Assembly: GCA_963777315.1 (NCBI GenBank)
Contig: CAVZQC010000004.1
Span: 192,001-256,000 of the forward strand
Direction: 5' to 3'
Source of the DNA: Vulcanimicrobiota bacterium
GTDB taxonomy: Bacteria; Vulcanimicrobiota; Vulcanimicrobiia; Vulcanimicrobiales; Vulcanimicrobiaceae
Length of the DNA stretch: 64,000 nt
Notes under the pieces: generated by a model
Told to the model about the DNA's origin: nothing
Database searches by the model: none
What the model saw: only the letters and a program-made list of their open reading frames with translations
Part shown: one piece after another, positions 1 to 10,162 of the stretch
Position numbering within the stretch: the stretch's first letter is position 1
Layout: every line of letters begins with the position of its first letter
Position numbers and translations under genes: made by a program

Positions 1-444
1 GTACCTCGTGAGGAGCTCGAACGCCACAGACGATTACCGGAAAGCATAGAACGATCCATTACTGCCGCGACGACACCCTGGCCTTCGTCTGGAGAGGCTC
101 GCGACGTGGTCGCTCTGATAAACGATAAAACGGCGCTGCGAATCGGCCGGCTTTGCGGTTCCCGTGAACGTTTTATCGTAGTGCAGTTCGAAGAAGCATA
201 TCGCCACGAGGATTTCTCCCGCGCTATCAAGCGGTACCGGTTCACGCGGCGAGAGCTGGATGTCATAACGCTCATGCTGCAAGGCTTGGGAGCCGAGGAG
301 ATCGCCGAAAGGCTGTGCATTTCCAGCACTACGGTGATCGGCTACGTGAAAAAGTTGCTTCGAAAAACGAGCGCCAAGAATCGTGCCGATATGCTCGCCA
401 AGCTATTGGGTTGGACGATATCTAAAGCAGACACTAGCGACTGA
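1..444 (+). CDS. LuxR-family (GerE-type HTH) transcriptional regulator, 5'-truncated by the window edge
   Basis: Frame 1 is open from base 1 (VPREELERHRRLPESIERSIT...). The C-terminal HTH reads FTRRELDVITLMLQGLGAEEIAERLCISSTTV...KTSAKNRADML. Confidence 0.9.
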   Translation, partial: VPREELERHRRLPESIERSITAATTPWPSSGEARDVVALINDKTALRIGRLCGSRERFIVVQFEEAYRHEDFSRAIKRYRFTRRELDVITLMLQGLGAEEIAERLCISSTTVIGYVKKLLRKTSAKNRADMLAKLLGWTISKADTSD

Positions 445-458
445 CCTTATACGACGAC

Positions 459-491
459 CGCTAAACGAGCTGCCGCTCGATAGCGTCATTT
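459..491 (+). terminator. Possible weak intrinsic terminator hairpin
   Basis: cgcta-aa-cgagc-tgcc-gctcg-a-tagcg followed by tcattt, just after the stop codon at 444. Confidence 0.3.
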
Positions 492-543
492 ATGTGGGCC
501 ATTCTGATGCCGTAGAACAATCGCAGTGAAGCGTCTATCGTTT

Positions 544-589
544 ACCCCCTAAACACGGTAGAGCGTTCTCCAACTCTTCATGCTATGTT
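544..589 (+). promoter_or_regulatory. Degenerate island operator plus extended -10 upstream of the second LuxR gene
   Basis: ACCCCC-TAAACA-CGGTAG (544-561) lies 22 nt before TGc-TATGTT (584-589). The spacing matches the other operator sites but the sequence match is weaker. Confidence 0.4.
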
Positions 590-653
590 AACGACGTGCA
601 TCGGTAGATACCATCCTTGCACCTACGGGACGCACTACAGTTAGGATCGGTAT

Positions 654-1247
654 ATGCTCTGCTCATTGCCACGTTCCGCTTCCCAATCGGATCAAGCCTT
701 TACGAGCCTGTTGAATCAGCGTTCTCGACCCCACGTGCTGTTTTTTGACGAAGACGCGAATATCGCATTTGCCGACGCCGGCGCTTTAGCGCTGTTTCAG
801 GAACATTTCTGCTCCGTGGAGCACGAGGTGGCCGAAATGATTCGCAGCCGTGCGCAGAGCGATACGGCTTCGGAGCAATTGTTCGGTCCCATCGCTGGGC
901 GCATCTTGCGGATCGTTCCCCTCAATGGGCCGAACGGCACGCGTTTCTACGCGGCCTTTGTGGAGAACGAGGCACGCCGTGAAGATCTGAGCGACGCAGT
1001 GGCGCGGTTTTCTTTTACGCCCCGTGAAGTAGAGGTGTTGAACTGCATACTGAGCGGGATGAGCGCCGCAGAAATCGCTGAAGACCTGTGCATCGCGCAA
1101 GTGACCGTTTTCGATCATTTCAAGCACATCAGCCATAAGACGAAGGCGCGTAACCGTGCCGACATGCTGGCAAAGATTTTTAATTGGCAGCCCACCATCA
1201 AGAACAAGGATTTCGATGAATTCGGCGTGGACCGCAGGACGGTATGA
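654..1247 (+). CDS. LuxR-family regulator with an uncharacterised N-terminal (PAS-like?) domain
   Basis: FTPREVEVLNCILSGMSAAEIAEDLCIAQVTV...KTKARNRADML HTH. The stop overlaps the next start (ATGA). Confidence 0.92.
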   Translation: MLCSLPRSASQSDQAFTSLLNQRSRPHVLFFDEDANIAFADAGALALFQEHFCSVEHEVAEMIRSRAQSDTASEQLFGPIAGRILRIVPLNGPNGTRFYAAFVENEARREDLSDAVARFSFTPREVEVLNCILSGMSAAEIAEDLCIAQVTVFDHFKHISHKTKARNRADMLAKIFNWQPTIKNKDFDEFGVDRRTV

Positions 1248-2455
1248 GGGTCGCGTTCATCAATCACCACGGCGCCGTACCCGGCGGATCGGAGAGAAGC
1301 CTTGAGGTATACCTGCGTCGCGTGCCTCAGGGGATTGACCCGTTTGTGGTGTTGTTTGAGGACGGGGTGTATGCCGATCAGTTGCGGGCGCTGAATATTC
1401 CGGTGCACGTCGTACCGGCATCGCGGCGACTGATGTCTGTAACGCGCGCAGAGTTACACATCGGCGATGCGTTCGACGGAACGCGGCAGGTGCTTCTCGT
1501 GCGCAAATTGTTGAAGTCGCTCCACATCGACGTCGTCGTGACCAACACTATGAAAGCGCACGTCATCGGGGCCATTGCCGCTTGGTCGTGCAACGTCCGC
1601 GTCGTTTCTTGGTGGCACGATCTTCCGGAAGGACTATCACTCTGGATGCTTCGAGCCGTTAGCCGGCTATGCGCCGTGGAGCGGGTCGGCTGCTCGAGAG
1701 CAGTTGTACGGCGCTTTGCTTTGCCGCGTACGACAACGCTCGTCCCGCCGCTTGATCTTCGGCGCTTTGCCCAAGCTCCGCCGCGTGAGCATGCTAGAGC
1801 ATTGCTCGGTCTTCCGCAAGACAAACTGATTTTCTCGATTGTGGGCCGCATAGCCAGATGGAAAGGCCAAGATCGATTTCTACGCGCCGCGGCTCGCGTG
1901 TGCGCCGGCACGTCCAACGTGCATTTTGCGATCGTGGGTTCTGCGACATTTTCGCAAGATGGCGAGTTTACACCCGAGCTGGCAGAGCTTGCCGATAGGC
2001 TCGGTATTACGAATCGCGTTTCGTTCATACCGTGGCTTGACGATCCCAGGATTGCCTATGCTGCCAGCGATCTGATTTGCAATGCGTCGTCTGCCGAACC
2101 ATTTGGACGCACTTCCGCAGAAGCGGGCGCATGCGGCGTTCCGGCATTATGCTTCGACGACGGTGGCGCAAGTGAAGCAGTCTTATCGCCGGTCACGGGG
2201 ATGGCCGTTCCCGCCGGCAACATAGAAGCGTTTGCAGCGGCGATGATGGCCTACGCCGGCGATGCCGCCGCGTTGCGGCGCGCCGGCGCTGCAGCGCGTG
2301 TCTACGTCGAGCGCCACGATGCCGATCGGTTGGCAACGACCTTTTTTGAAGTCGTTGGCCGGGCGAGCCGCATGCCTCACCCAGCCCAGCCGCTAACCGT
2401 TCCGTCCGCTGCGCGAGTGGCGGAGGCACCTACACCCGTATCGGTAAAAGCGTAG
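1244..2455 (+). CDS. Glycosyltransferase family 4 (GT-B)
   Basis: N-terminal GGSERS, VGRIARWKGQD and the EPFGRTSAEA (E-x7-E) motif. Confidence 0.92.
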   Translation: MRVAFINHHGAVPGGSERSLEVYLRRVPQGIDPFVVLFEDGVYADQLRALNIPVHVVPASRRLMSVTRAELHIGDAFDGTRQVLLVRKLLKSLHIDVVVTNTMKAHVIGAIAAWSCNVRVVSWWHDLPEGLSLWMLRAVSRLCAVERVGCSRAVVRRFALPRTTTLVPPLDLRRFAQAPPREHARALLGLPQDKLIFSIVGRIARWKGQDRFLRAAARVCAGTSNVHFAIVGSATFSQDGEFTPELAELADRLGITNRVSFIPWLDDPRIAYAASDLICNASSAEPFGRTSAEAGACGVPALCFDDGGASEAVLSPVTGMAVPAGNIEAFAAAMMAYAGDAAALRRAGAAARVYVERHDADRLATTFFEVVGRASRMPHPAQPLTVPSAARVAEAPTPVSVKA

Positions 2456-2458
2456 AGT

Positions 2459-3839
2459 TTACGCGGGCACGCCGGCGTAGTCGATCCGCTGTGTTTTGGC
2501 GGCATCTGCTGCAACGGACACATTCCGGCGGGACAACCCGATGCCGACCGCTATCCAGAACAACGCTCCCTGTAGATTACCGTGAGAATCTAAGGAAAAG
2601 TCGAGAACGATCAGCATTGCCTGAAGTGCGAGAACGGCGGCCATGACGTCGCGTTGGGCATGGTCGCCGGCTTGCTTGGCTTTCCACCACGTTCCAAGCA
2701 CGAAGGCAAACGCCAAGAGCAGAGTGACAACATAGCCGGTAAAACCGGCGAAGCCCATTTCAGCCAAACGCGCCTGGAAGCCGCCGTCTATCGAGTACAC
2801 CTTTTCCGTGAAACTGGTCAGCTGCGACGCGGTTCCCGCTATGCCCAGGCCCTGGCCCGTCGGGTTGGCCACCGATTCCCCCAACAGTTCCGCCGTCGTT
2901 TCCCGGCGCGCGCTTACCGACCTGTCGGTGTCCAGATGTGAAAAGGTCTGCAACCGCAGCGCGATACTGTTTTGACCCGCTTGTATCGTCAGCCAAGGGG
3001 ATATGCACGCGAAGAACGTTGTTACGATAAGGCCGAACAGCACCAGTCGTGATGCCGTACGCCATGGCTTCCAGCTAAAGAGCAGATACACCACCATCGC
3101 AACCGCGAGCGCGACCCACGCGGACCGCACGAGCGTTAAAGAAAGTGCGATAACGCACGTGAAAACGGCTAGGAGCGGCCAGATGCGTCGTTCTTTCAAG
3201 CGATAAAGGTTGACCGCTATCGCGGCTGCCAGAAACGTGGCGCACGGTGTCGGTGAATTGAGGACGCTAAAGACGTGTATCGCAAAAGGACGAGCCAAGC
3301 CGTTCGTGATCATCCCGCTATTACGAGCAACGTGCTGCAACCAATAGACGTCCCATGGCGGCGGTGCCAGGAATTGATATATTCCGTAGACGCTCACTGC
3401 AGCGCCGACGACAAGCATGACGCAACCAAATCGATCGAATACGCTGACGGATGATTCGTTCCGGACGGAAAGCCAAAGAGCCAGGAATACCGGCGCCACG
3501 AACTGCAAAAAGTCGTAAAATGCCGGCTGCGCATTCCCTAGGAACCACGCAACCGTGCCTGCATATACAAAGTCTGCCGATCCAAGTCCAGGCTAGAAAT
3601 TGCACCCGGCGCGGTACGGCCCCGTAGCCGCGAAAGGTGACCGCGACGGCCAGGAAAAGAGCCCCGGCGAGCGGCACCAGGACCAGCAATTGAGATGCAT
3701 GGAAGGCGCTGTGCCAATCGACGAGCCGTCGAATCCCTGAATCAAAGACCCAAAAAACGAGTACGCCGACGCAATACCACCATATGAGACGGCTCACCGA
3801 ACTACCGTCGGGCGCGGCAAGCGTTGGTTTATGGTTCAC
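2459..3839 (-). pseudogene. O-antigen ligase/Wzy polymerase-like membrane protein, split by a +1 frameshift near 3575 (pseudogene or sequencing error)
   Basis: The N-terminal ORF 3321-3839 is hydrophobic up to FLAWTWIG. It continues as xFVYAGTVAWFLGNAQPAFYDFLQFVAP in the frame of ORF 2459-3508 if one base of GGCAGACTTT is removed. Wzy_C-like motifs: LTLVRSAW and NPTGQGLG...IDGGFQARLAEMG. Confidence 0.8.
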
Positions 3840-4469
3840 TTATCGCGACGAATGTTCCGTTGGCCGCGGGGGAAACGACGGCAGCGGTGGCTTGAGCGTT
3901 AGAGGCACCAGGTTTCGCGCCACGGTTTGTGCTGCGCCAGTCACCTGCACGCCTGCGCCGGTGGCCGGTCGCATCGCGATAACTCCGAGAAGGGTCGCCG
4001 ACACGCGCCGCAGCTGCGTCACGGTTTCTTCATCTTGCGGCGTGGCTTTGCGGCCCAATTGGACCGCGAGCAGTACCCCGCTGGCAAGCCGGCATAATTC
4101 TAATGACGTGCTATCGGCGGGTATCGGAGGGCACGCGACAATGAAGATCTCGTGCTCTGCTCGCACGTTTGCTACGAGCGAATTCAGCTCGCGTGTCGTG
4201 CCCGGCGCTTTAACGCACGTTCCTCCGAACGCGCGCAGCTCCACGTCGTCGGACACATCGCCCGGCTCACTGCCATACGAATCATCGCACAAGTTCAGGG
4301 CGGCGGTTGCGCGGCCGGCGGCCGCAAACGCGCGCGCCAGGCCGTATGCTAATTCGGCCTGGCGATCGCCGGCACACGCCGATGATACAACCATCATTGC
4401 CGAATTCGGTAGGCGTGCATCCAGCACGACCCGAAGCGATTGCAACGGCGAGTCGTTAGCATTAAGCAC
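3840..4469 (-). CDS. CpsD/CapB-like BY-kinase domain protein with degenerate Walker motifs
   Basis: A GTG start at 4469 follows a GGAG RBS. Fold landmarks MVVSSACAGDRQAELAYGLARAFA, IFIVACPP and GVLLAV...LLGVI. Lies directly after the co-polymerase gene. Confidence 0.75.
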   Translation of the reverse strand: MLNANDSPLQSLRVVLDARLPNSAMMVVSSACAGDRQAELAYGLARAFAAAGRATAALNLCDDSYGSEPGDVSDDVELRAFGGTCVKAPGTTRELNSLVANVRAEHEIFIVACPPIPADSTSLELCRLASGVLLAVQLGRKATPQDEETVTQLRRVSATLLGVIAMRPATGAGVQVTGAAQTVARNLVPLTLKPPLPSFPPRPTEHSSR

Positions 4470-4482
4470 GGTTAGTATCTCC

Positions 4483-5838
4483 TCATCCAATGACTCCCAG
4501 CACCGGAGAGCCATAAGCCTTTTCGATAGCCGCCGGCGTACGGAATCGACGATCGAGTCCTTCGAGTACAAAGGCAAGCGTTATCGCCACCCAAAGCGCA
4601 ACGACCATAATCGCGGCCATGATCAGCGCCGGCATGCTATAGGGAGAGCGCCCGGCATACGACGCGCGATCGAAGACCATCAAAGAACCTGTCGACGCAG
4701 CGGCGGCCCGATCCGCCAGCGTCGTTATGAGCCGGGTCGAGAGCAATTGATAGGCGTTTTCTGACGACGTCCGCTCCCGCCGTAAGGCGGCTACCGTCGT
4801 GCCCGTGACCGCCGAGCCTGTGAGCTGACTTTGCAGCTCCGTTATCGTGTTATTGATCTGTGCAAGCCTGGCGCGGTCGCTCGCCACCGCGGCATGGGCC
4901 CGGCTTTGTTCTGCCAGCGCAGCGGCATACGACTGCGTTGCAGAAAGCGACTCTTCTCCGATTCTCTTCTGGTCGCCGGAAAGCCCTAACTGCTCGTGGC
5001 CGATCATGCCTTGAAGTTGCACTCGGCCGGGATAGTCAGCCGTATATTGCGATTGTTCGCGGCGAAGTTGAGCCACGTCCCGACCGTACTGTTGACGCGT
5101 GCTGCTATAGACCGGATCCTCGCTGAGAAGCTGTTGGCGAGCCAGCGGAGCCATTTGGCTCGAGCGCAAGTCGGTGAGGCTCGTTTGCGATATCTCGCCG
5201 GATAATGTCGCCAGCAACTCATCCCGTTCGCTCTGCAAACGAACGAGCCGTGCATTTATCGATGTGTCGTCGCTGGCTCCGGAGCCGTCTTCGATGTACG
5301 GGTAGGCGGCGGTTAACCTTTGGAGCTGCGTGTCGATCTGCTTTAGCTCCTGCTGCCTACTCGCCAATTGCCGCTTCATATCGGCGCCCAGTGAATCAAA
5401 GCGGCTCGTGGCTATCTCGCGATAATACTGGACGACCTCTTCGGCAACCGCGTTTGCTCCTTTCACCGCCTGTTGCGGGGTGCGGCTGTCAAACGCAATC
5501 GTCATGACGTTTGAGTTCTGAAACACATCGACATGAATGCGTCGAAGTAGGGCTTCCGAGGAAATCGAGTGTCCCATGTCGCTTGAGACGCGATCCAGCA
5601 CCGTGTTCGTTTTTACCAGAAGCGGCAAGTCGTCGGACATCAACGGCTTAGCCATGGTGGTCGGAACGCCGGCTCCATCGTCGTTTGCGCCCGGCACCAT
5701 CAGCACGGAGGCGTTGGCGGTATAGGTGGCATGCCGCCGCAAGCCGCTGCCTAGGGCCAGCATAAGGCCCACGGCAAGCACGATCGCAACGCACAGGCGC
5801 TGGTTCCAAAGGGTCTCCAAGACCGATCTAACATCCAT
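4483..5838 (-). CDS. Polysaccharide co-polymerase (Wzz/GumC/Wzc N-terminal part)
   Basis: Two TM helices flank a long coiled-coil region. Ends LDRRFRTPAAIEKAYGSPVLGVI, typical of Wzc membrane modules. The ATG at 5838 has a GGAG RBS. Confidence 0.88.
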   Translation of the reverse strand: MDVRSVLETLWNQRLCVAIVLAVGLMLALGSGLRRHATYTANASVLMVPGANDDGAGVPTTMAKPLMSDDLPLLVKTNTVLDRVSSDMGHSISSEALLRRIHVDVFQNSNVMTIAFDSRTPQQAVKGANAVAEEVVQYYREIATSRFDSLGADMKRQLASRQQELKQIDTQLQRLTAAYPYIEDGSGASDDTSINARLVRLQSERDELLATLSGEISQTSLTDLRSSQMAPLARQQLLSEDPVYSSTRQQYGRDVAQLRREQSQYTADYPGRVQLQGMIGHEQLGLSGDQKRIGEESLSATQSYAAALAEQSRAHAAVASDRARLAQINNTITELQSQLTGSAVTGTTVAALRRERTSSENAYQLLSTRLITTLADRAAAASTGSLMVFDRASYAGRSPYSMPALIMAAIMVVALWVAITLAFVLEGLDRRFRTPAAIEKAYGSPVLGVIG

Positions 5839-5857
5839 AGAAAATCGCTCCACTGTG

Positions 5858-7009
5858 CTACACGCCCACTTCAACGGCGAGCGGAGAACTCTGAAGGTGC
5901 CCCGGAAACTCTAAGTGCTCCTCAGAACGCACGTAGGCGGCATACACGAGATTTTCAAATGCTTGCATAAAGCGAGCCTTGCTAAAGCGTTCCGCGTGAC
6001 GCCGAATAACGTGCGGCGAGAAGCTCATGCGTTCAAAGCCCTCGATCGCATCGGCAAACGCGTCGACGGTTTGTTCCGCCACCAGAATTCCGGTCGTCCG
6101 ATCGATGACCGTCTCGAGTGCGCCGCCCCGGCCGAACGCGATGACGGGCCGCCCGCAGGCATTGGCTTCAAGAATAGCCATCCCGAAATCCTCATGCTGG
6201 GGCGCAATCATCGCACGCGCGCCGCGCACGAGCTCTACCAGCCTCTGATCGGAAACGTGTCCCAGAAATTGCACGCATCCACCGTCCGGCGAATGGTCCT
6301 TTTTTTGACCTCCGACGACGATTAGCCGGCGCCCGAGTTTCCTTGCGGCTCCAACGGCAATATCGATGCGCTTGTACGGAACGGGCCGCGATGCAACCAG
6401 ATAGTAGTCGCCTGGGCGACCTTCAGGTTTAAATTTGTCCGTGTCGATCGGTGGATTGATAACCGTGCTCTCACGACCGTAGTGCTTAGCAATACGATTA
6501 CGCGTCTCGAAGCTGTTGGCAACGAAAGAGTCGACCCGCGAAGCGGTGATGTAATCCCATTGGCGCATGCGCGAGAGCAGCATGTCGGCCCCAAACCGCA
6601 TGGGTGCCGGCAACGCCCGCACATCGTCGTGCGTGCGTTCCCACAATGCGCGCATAGGCGTGTGACAATAGCAAATATGCGTCTGCCAGCCGCTTCGCAG
6701 CACGCCTTTGGCAGCGCAATGGTGAGAGGAGATGATGATGTCGTATGCGCTTATATCGAAGCTCTCGACGGCGGCGGGAAACAGCGGAAAGTACCATTTG
6801 TGATGCCGTTGAGCGCCGGGGAACGCGTTCAGAAACGACGGGCTTACCCGGGACTGGAGCGAACGTGGCCCGGACTGCGCAGAATAGAGCACCGAAAAAA
6901 TCGGCGCGTCCGGAAACAGCTCGGCAAGAGCCTCAACGACCCTCTCGGCGCCCCCGCGCTGCGTCATTGCGTCGGTAACTATAGCGATCCGCGGTCTGCT
7001 GTTTTTCAT
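5858..7009 (-). CDS. Glycosyltransferase family 4
   Basis: RGGAERV, YCHTPMR, SRPVPYKRID and EDFGMAILEANACGRPVIAFGRGGALE. Confidence 0.95.
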   Translation of the reverse strand: MKNSRPRIAIVTDAMTQRGGAERVVEALAELFPDAPIFSVLYSAQSGPRSLQSRVSPSFLNAFPGAQRHHKWYFPLFPAAVESFDISAYDIIISSHHCAAKGVLRSGWQTHICYCHTPMRALWERTHDDVRALPAPMRFGADMLLSRMRQWDYITASRVDSFVANSFETRNRIAKHYGRESTVINPPIDTDKFKPEGRPGDYYLVASRPVPYKRIDIAVGAARKLGRRLIVVGGQKKDHSPDGGCVQFLGHVSDQRLVELVRGARAMIAPQHEDFGMAILEANACGRPVIAFGRGGALETVIDRTTGILVAEQTVDAFADAIEGFERMSFSPHVIRRHAERFSKARFMQAFENLVYAAYVRSEEHLEFPGHLQSSPLAVEVGV

Positions 7010-7716
7010 CAGTACGCACCCCTGCCGTGAAGAACCACCGGCACGGTTTCAACGATGATCCGTAAATCGAGGCCAGGGGACCAACTATCGATGTAGCGAT
7101 TGTCCAGTCTGATCCATTCGTCAAATGCCACGTCCGAGCGTCCGGATATCTGCCAAAGACATGTAACGCCGGGTTTGACCGTCAACCGGCGAAACGCGGG
7201 CATATCGTAGTTGGCTACTTCGCTCGGCAAAGGCGGGCGCGGCCCGACCAGGGACATGTCCCCAATCATGACGTTCCATAGGTTTGGGATCTCGTCGATA
7301 CTATAGCGACGCAGAAAAGGGCCGATCGAGATCAGGCGCGGATCGCACTTTATCTTCAGAACCGGTCCGCTCACCTCGTTCAAACTGCGCATCTTTTCAT
7401 GGAGCAGGTGCGCACCGCGAACCATCGTTCGCAGCTTGTACATTCTAAAGATGCGGCCATCCTTACCGACACGCGGCTGTGAAAAGATCGGCGATCCTTT
7501 GGATACGAGCGCGATTGCGATGCCCGCGACGATGACCAGGGGTATGGTCACGATGATCAGCGCGAGGGCGAAAGTTGCGTCCATGACCCGTTTGTAGACG
7601 TGCCACATGGGGGGAACGACCGGGACGGCGACGCGCGACGGCAACAAGCCATAGATCAGGTGGTCCTGGCCGGCGTCCACCATGGGTACGATTGGGGGCT
7701 CATTTGCAATAAGCAT
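7009..7716 (-). CDS. Priming sugar-1-phosphate transferase (bacterial sugar transferase family)
   Basis: KRVMD, F(R)MYKLRTM, DPR, LRRYSIDEIPNLWNVMIGDMSLVGPRP and VKPGVTCLWQISGRSD. Confidence 0.95.
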   Translation of the reverse strand: MLIANEPPIVPMVDAGQDHLIYGLLPSRVAVPVVPPMWHVYKRVMDATFALALIIVTIPLVIVAGIAIALVSKGSPIFSQPRVGKDGRIFRMYKLRTMVRGAHLLHEKMRSLNEVSGPVLKIKCDPRLISIGPFLRRYSIDEIPNLWNVMIGDMSLVGPRPPLPSEVANYDMPAFRRLTVKPGVTCLWQISGRSDVAFDEWIRLDNRYIDSWSPGLDLRIIVETVPVVLHGRGAY

Positions 7717-7841
7717 TGCGCTAGCGCAGCCGCATCATCGCGCCAAATCCTTGCTTCCGGCGCAGTAGCGGGCTGCGAACGCATCGAGATTTTGCAAAAA
7801 GACTCATTTCAAAATCGTAGCTGATGTGCACTCGTTCGTAC

Positions 7842-7887
7842 ATCGTAGCATCGGCTTTCGTTGAGAATCATCCCTAGCAGGCGGGAT
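7842..7887 (-). promoter_or_regulatory. Island operator plus extended -10 for the leftward EPS operon
   Basis: ATCCCT-AGCAGG-CGGGAT (7870-7887). Minus-strand TGc-TACGAT at 7842-7847, gap 22 nt. Confidence 0.7.
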
Positions 7888-7931
7888 TTATCCGCCTGGT
7901 TTTGGCAGGGCTCTCTCCGGATGCGACGCCG

Positions 7932-7976
7932 ACCCCTAACGTTAGGGATGGGATGCCGCCGCCACCACGGTAGAAT
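7932..7976 (+). promoter_or_regulatory. Island operator plus -10 for the rightward GT operon
   Basis: ACCCCT-AACGTT-AGGGAT (7932-7949, containing the perfect palindrome CCCTAACGTTAGGG). TAGAAT at 7971-7976, gap 21 nt. Confidence 0.72.
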
Positions 7977-7985
7977 AGAAAGCGC

Positions 7986-9194
7986 ATGGGACCGCAATTG
8001 CGAGAAGTATTGCCGGTGACTGCACTATGTGCGCCGCCGGCCGGCGAAGCCACGCTTCTTTCGACGCTGCAAATTGGGCTCGTATGGTTTCCCGACGGTA
8101 TCGGAGGCGGCTCCAGCCGCTTTTTTTCAGAGATTACCGATCATTTGGTGGCCCAGAACGTCATGGTGCACGGCATCGTGGCCGGCAAAAGCTCCATAAC
8201 GACGCCGAGGCGCGATGGTATCCGGATCTTTTCCGCCTACGATGCACCGCTCATCGAACGCCTGCGCGCGGCGCGCGCAGCCGTACGAGAAACTCTTGCG
8301 ACATACCCTGTAAATGTCGTGGCATCGCACTTTGCGCTCTTCACCGCCCCATGTTTGGACGCTATCAACGATTTGCCCATGGTGCTGCATTTTCATGGGC
8401 CGTGGGCGGCAGAATCGCGCATAGAAGGCGCATCGCGATTCGCGACGTTGAGTCAATTCTTCGTTGAAAAGTTGGTGTATTCGCGTGCGCGAATCGCAAT
8501 CGTGCTCTCGGCTGCCTTTCGGGACGTGCTGCATCGCAGCTACGGCGTGCCGCTGGAAAACATCCGTGTAATTCCCGGTGGAGTCGACGTCGAACGATTC
8601 AATTTATCATGTTCGCGTGACGAGGCGCGATTGCGCCTGGGGTTGTCGTTGAGTCGCCCGCTCGTGGTAGTCGTCAGGCGCCTTGCCGAACGCATGGGCT
8701 TGGAAAATCTCATCGCCGGTTTCGCAGGCGTTAAGAAGGAACATCGCGACGTTGTCTTGGCGATCGTCGGCAATGGTCCCCTCGCCGATAGGCTCAAGCG
8801 TCAAGTGCGCGGGAGCGATCTCGCCGATTCCGTTGTGTTCGCCGGCAGAGTATCGGAAGAAGATTTACCGCTGTACTACCGTGCTGCGGATGTTTCCGTC
8901 GTGCCGAGCATAGCGCTCGAGGGTTTCGGCTTAGTGGTGGCTGAATCGCTGGCATGCGGCACACCGGCGATTGTAACGCCGGTCGGCGGCCTGCCTGAAG
9001 CCGTTTCCGGACTCTCAAATGCCCTCATTCTCGAAAACAGCGGCTGCGCAGCAATTACGTCCGGCCTTCGCGCGGCTCTGGCCGGTAGGCTGCAGCTCCC
9101 GGCCTCGGCAGAGTGCGCATCGTATGCGAGAGAACGTTTCAGCTGGCCGATCATCGCCAAACAGGTAAAGCGCGTTTACGGTGAGGTCGCGTGA
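7986..9194 (+). CDS. Glycosyltransferase family 4
   Basis: HFHGPWAAES, VIPGGVD, VRRLAERMGLENL and EGFGLVVAESLACGTP. Confidence 0.95.
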   Translation: MGPQLREVLPVTALCAPPAGEATLLSTLQIGLVWFPDGIGGGSSRFFSEITDHLVAQNVMVHGIVAGKSSITTPRRDGIRIFSAYDAPLIERLRAARAAVRETLATYPVNVVASHFALFTAPCLDAINDLPMVLHFHGPWAAESRIEGASRFATLSQFFVEKLVYSRARIAIVLSAAFRDVLHRSYGVPLENIRVIPGGVDVERFNLSCSRDEARLRLGLSLSRPLVVVVRRLAERMGLENLIAGFAGVKKEHRDVVLAIVGNGPLADRLKRQVRGSDLADSVVFAGRVSEEDLPLYYRAADVSVVPSIALEGFGLVVAESLACGTPAIVTPVGGLPEAVSGLSNALILENSGCAAITSGLRAALAGRLQLPASAECASYARERFSWPIIAKQVKRVYGEVA

Positions 9195-10117
9195 ATCTCA
9201 CGGCAATGGTACCGACCTATCGGCGTCCTGAGTACTTGCTGCGGTGTCTTCGCGCGTTGGAGCAGCAAACGCGTCCGGCAAATCAAGTGCTGGTCGTCCG
9301 GCGGGATTCGGACCTGGAAACGCAGCAGCTGTTCGAGCAGTCATCCTTTCAACTGCCCATACAAATCGTTACGGTCAATGCGCCGGGCCAGGTGGCTGCA
9401 CTGAACGCGGGACTGGCTGAGGTAGAGGGTGATGTCGTCGCTATAACGGACGACGACGCCGCACCGCACCCGGATTGGCTAGAGCGCATCGAACAACATT
9501 TCAAAGCGAATCCAAACATCGGCGGCGTCGGAGGGCGGGATTATATCCGCAACGGCCGGGTTTACGGCGAAAGCGCTATTGTCGGAAAAGTACAGTGGTT
9601 CGGCCGCGAGATCGGCAATCACCACCGAGGCGTCGGACCGGCGCGCTACGTCGATGTGCTAAAAGGCGCCAACATGAGTTATAGCATGAGCGCCATCCGC
9701 TCTTTTGAGTTCGATAGGCGGCTTCTCGGTGCGGGAGCCCAAATTTGTAACGACATGTCTTTTTCTCTTCGGCTGCGGCGGCGCGGCTGGCGGCTACTGT
9801 ACGATCCCGCCGTTGCGGTGGATCACTTTTGCGCAGAACGCCTGGACGACGACAAGCGCTTTTCCCGATCGCCGGCGGCGGTGCGGAATGAAGCGCACAA
9901 TGAAACCGTAGCCATCTTGGAATATTTGCCGTCAGCCCGATGGGCGGTGTTCTTAGCGTGGTCGGTCTTGGTCGGACACCGGAGTCTTCCCGGCGTGGTT
10001 CAGTGCCTGAGGTTTGCGGCCAAGGATCGGTCAGTATGGACCGCATTCAAGCCGGTCGTCCGCGGCCGGCTGCTGGGAGTCGGAACGCTGCTGCAAAGCC
10101 GAGCGTCGAAATCCTAG
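9191..10117 (+). CDS. Glycosyltransferase family 2
   Basis: VPTYRRP, ALNAG, the ITDDD (DxD) motif and KGANMS. Confidence 0.95.
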   Translation: MNLTAMVPTYRRPEYLLRCLRALEQQTRPANQVLVVRRDSDLETQQLFEQSSFQLPIQIVTVNAPGQVAALNAGLAEVEGDVVAITDDDAAPHPDWLERIEQHFKANPNIGGVGGRDYIRNGRVYGESAIVGKVQWFGREIGNHHRGVGPARYVDVLKGANMSYSMSAIRSFEFDRRLLGAGAQICNDMSFSLRLRRRGWRLLYDPAVAVDHFCAERLDDDKRFSRSPAAVRNEAHNETVAILEYLPSARWAVFLAWSVLVGHRSLPGVVQCLRFAAKDRSVWTAFKPVVRGRLLGVGTLLQSRASKS

Positions 10118-10156
10118 TACGCCGGGATTGCGTTTCGTTCGTCCCGGGCGCACGAT
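10111..10156 (+). promoter_or_regulatory. Island operator plus -10 in front of a small gene (probably leaderless)
   Basis: ATCCTA-GTACGC-CGGGAT (10111-10128). CACGAT at 10151-10156, gap 22 nt. The ATG follows 6 nt later. Confidence 0.55.
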
Positions 10157-10162
10157 GCTCGC

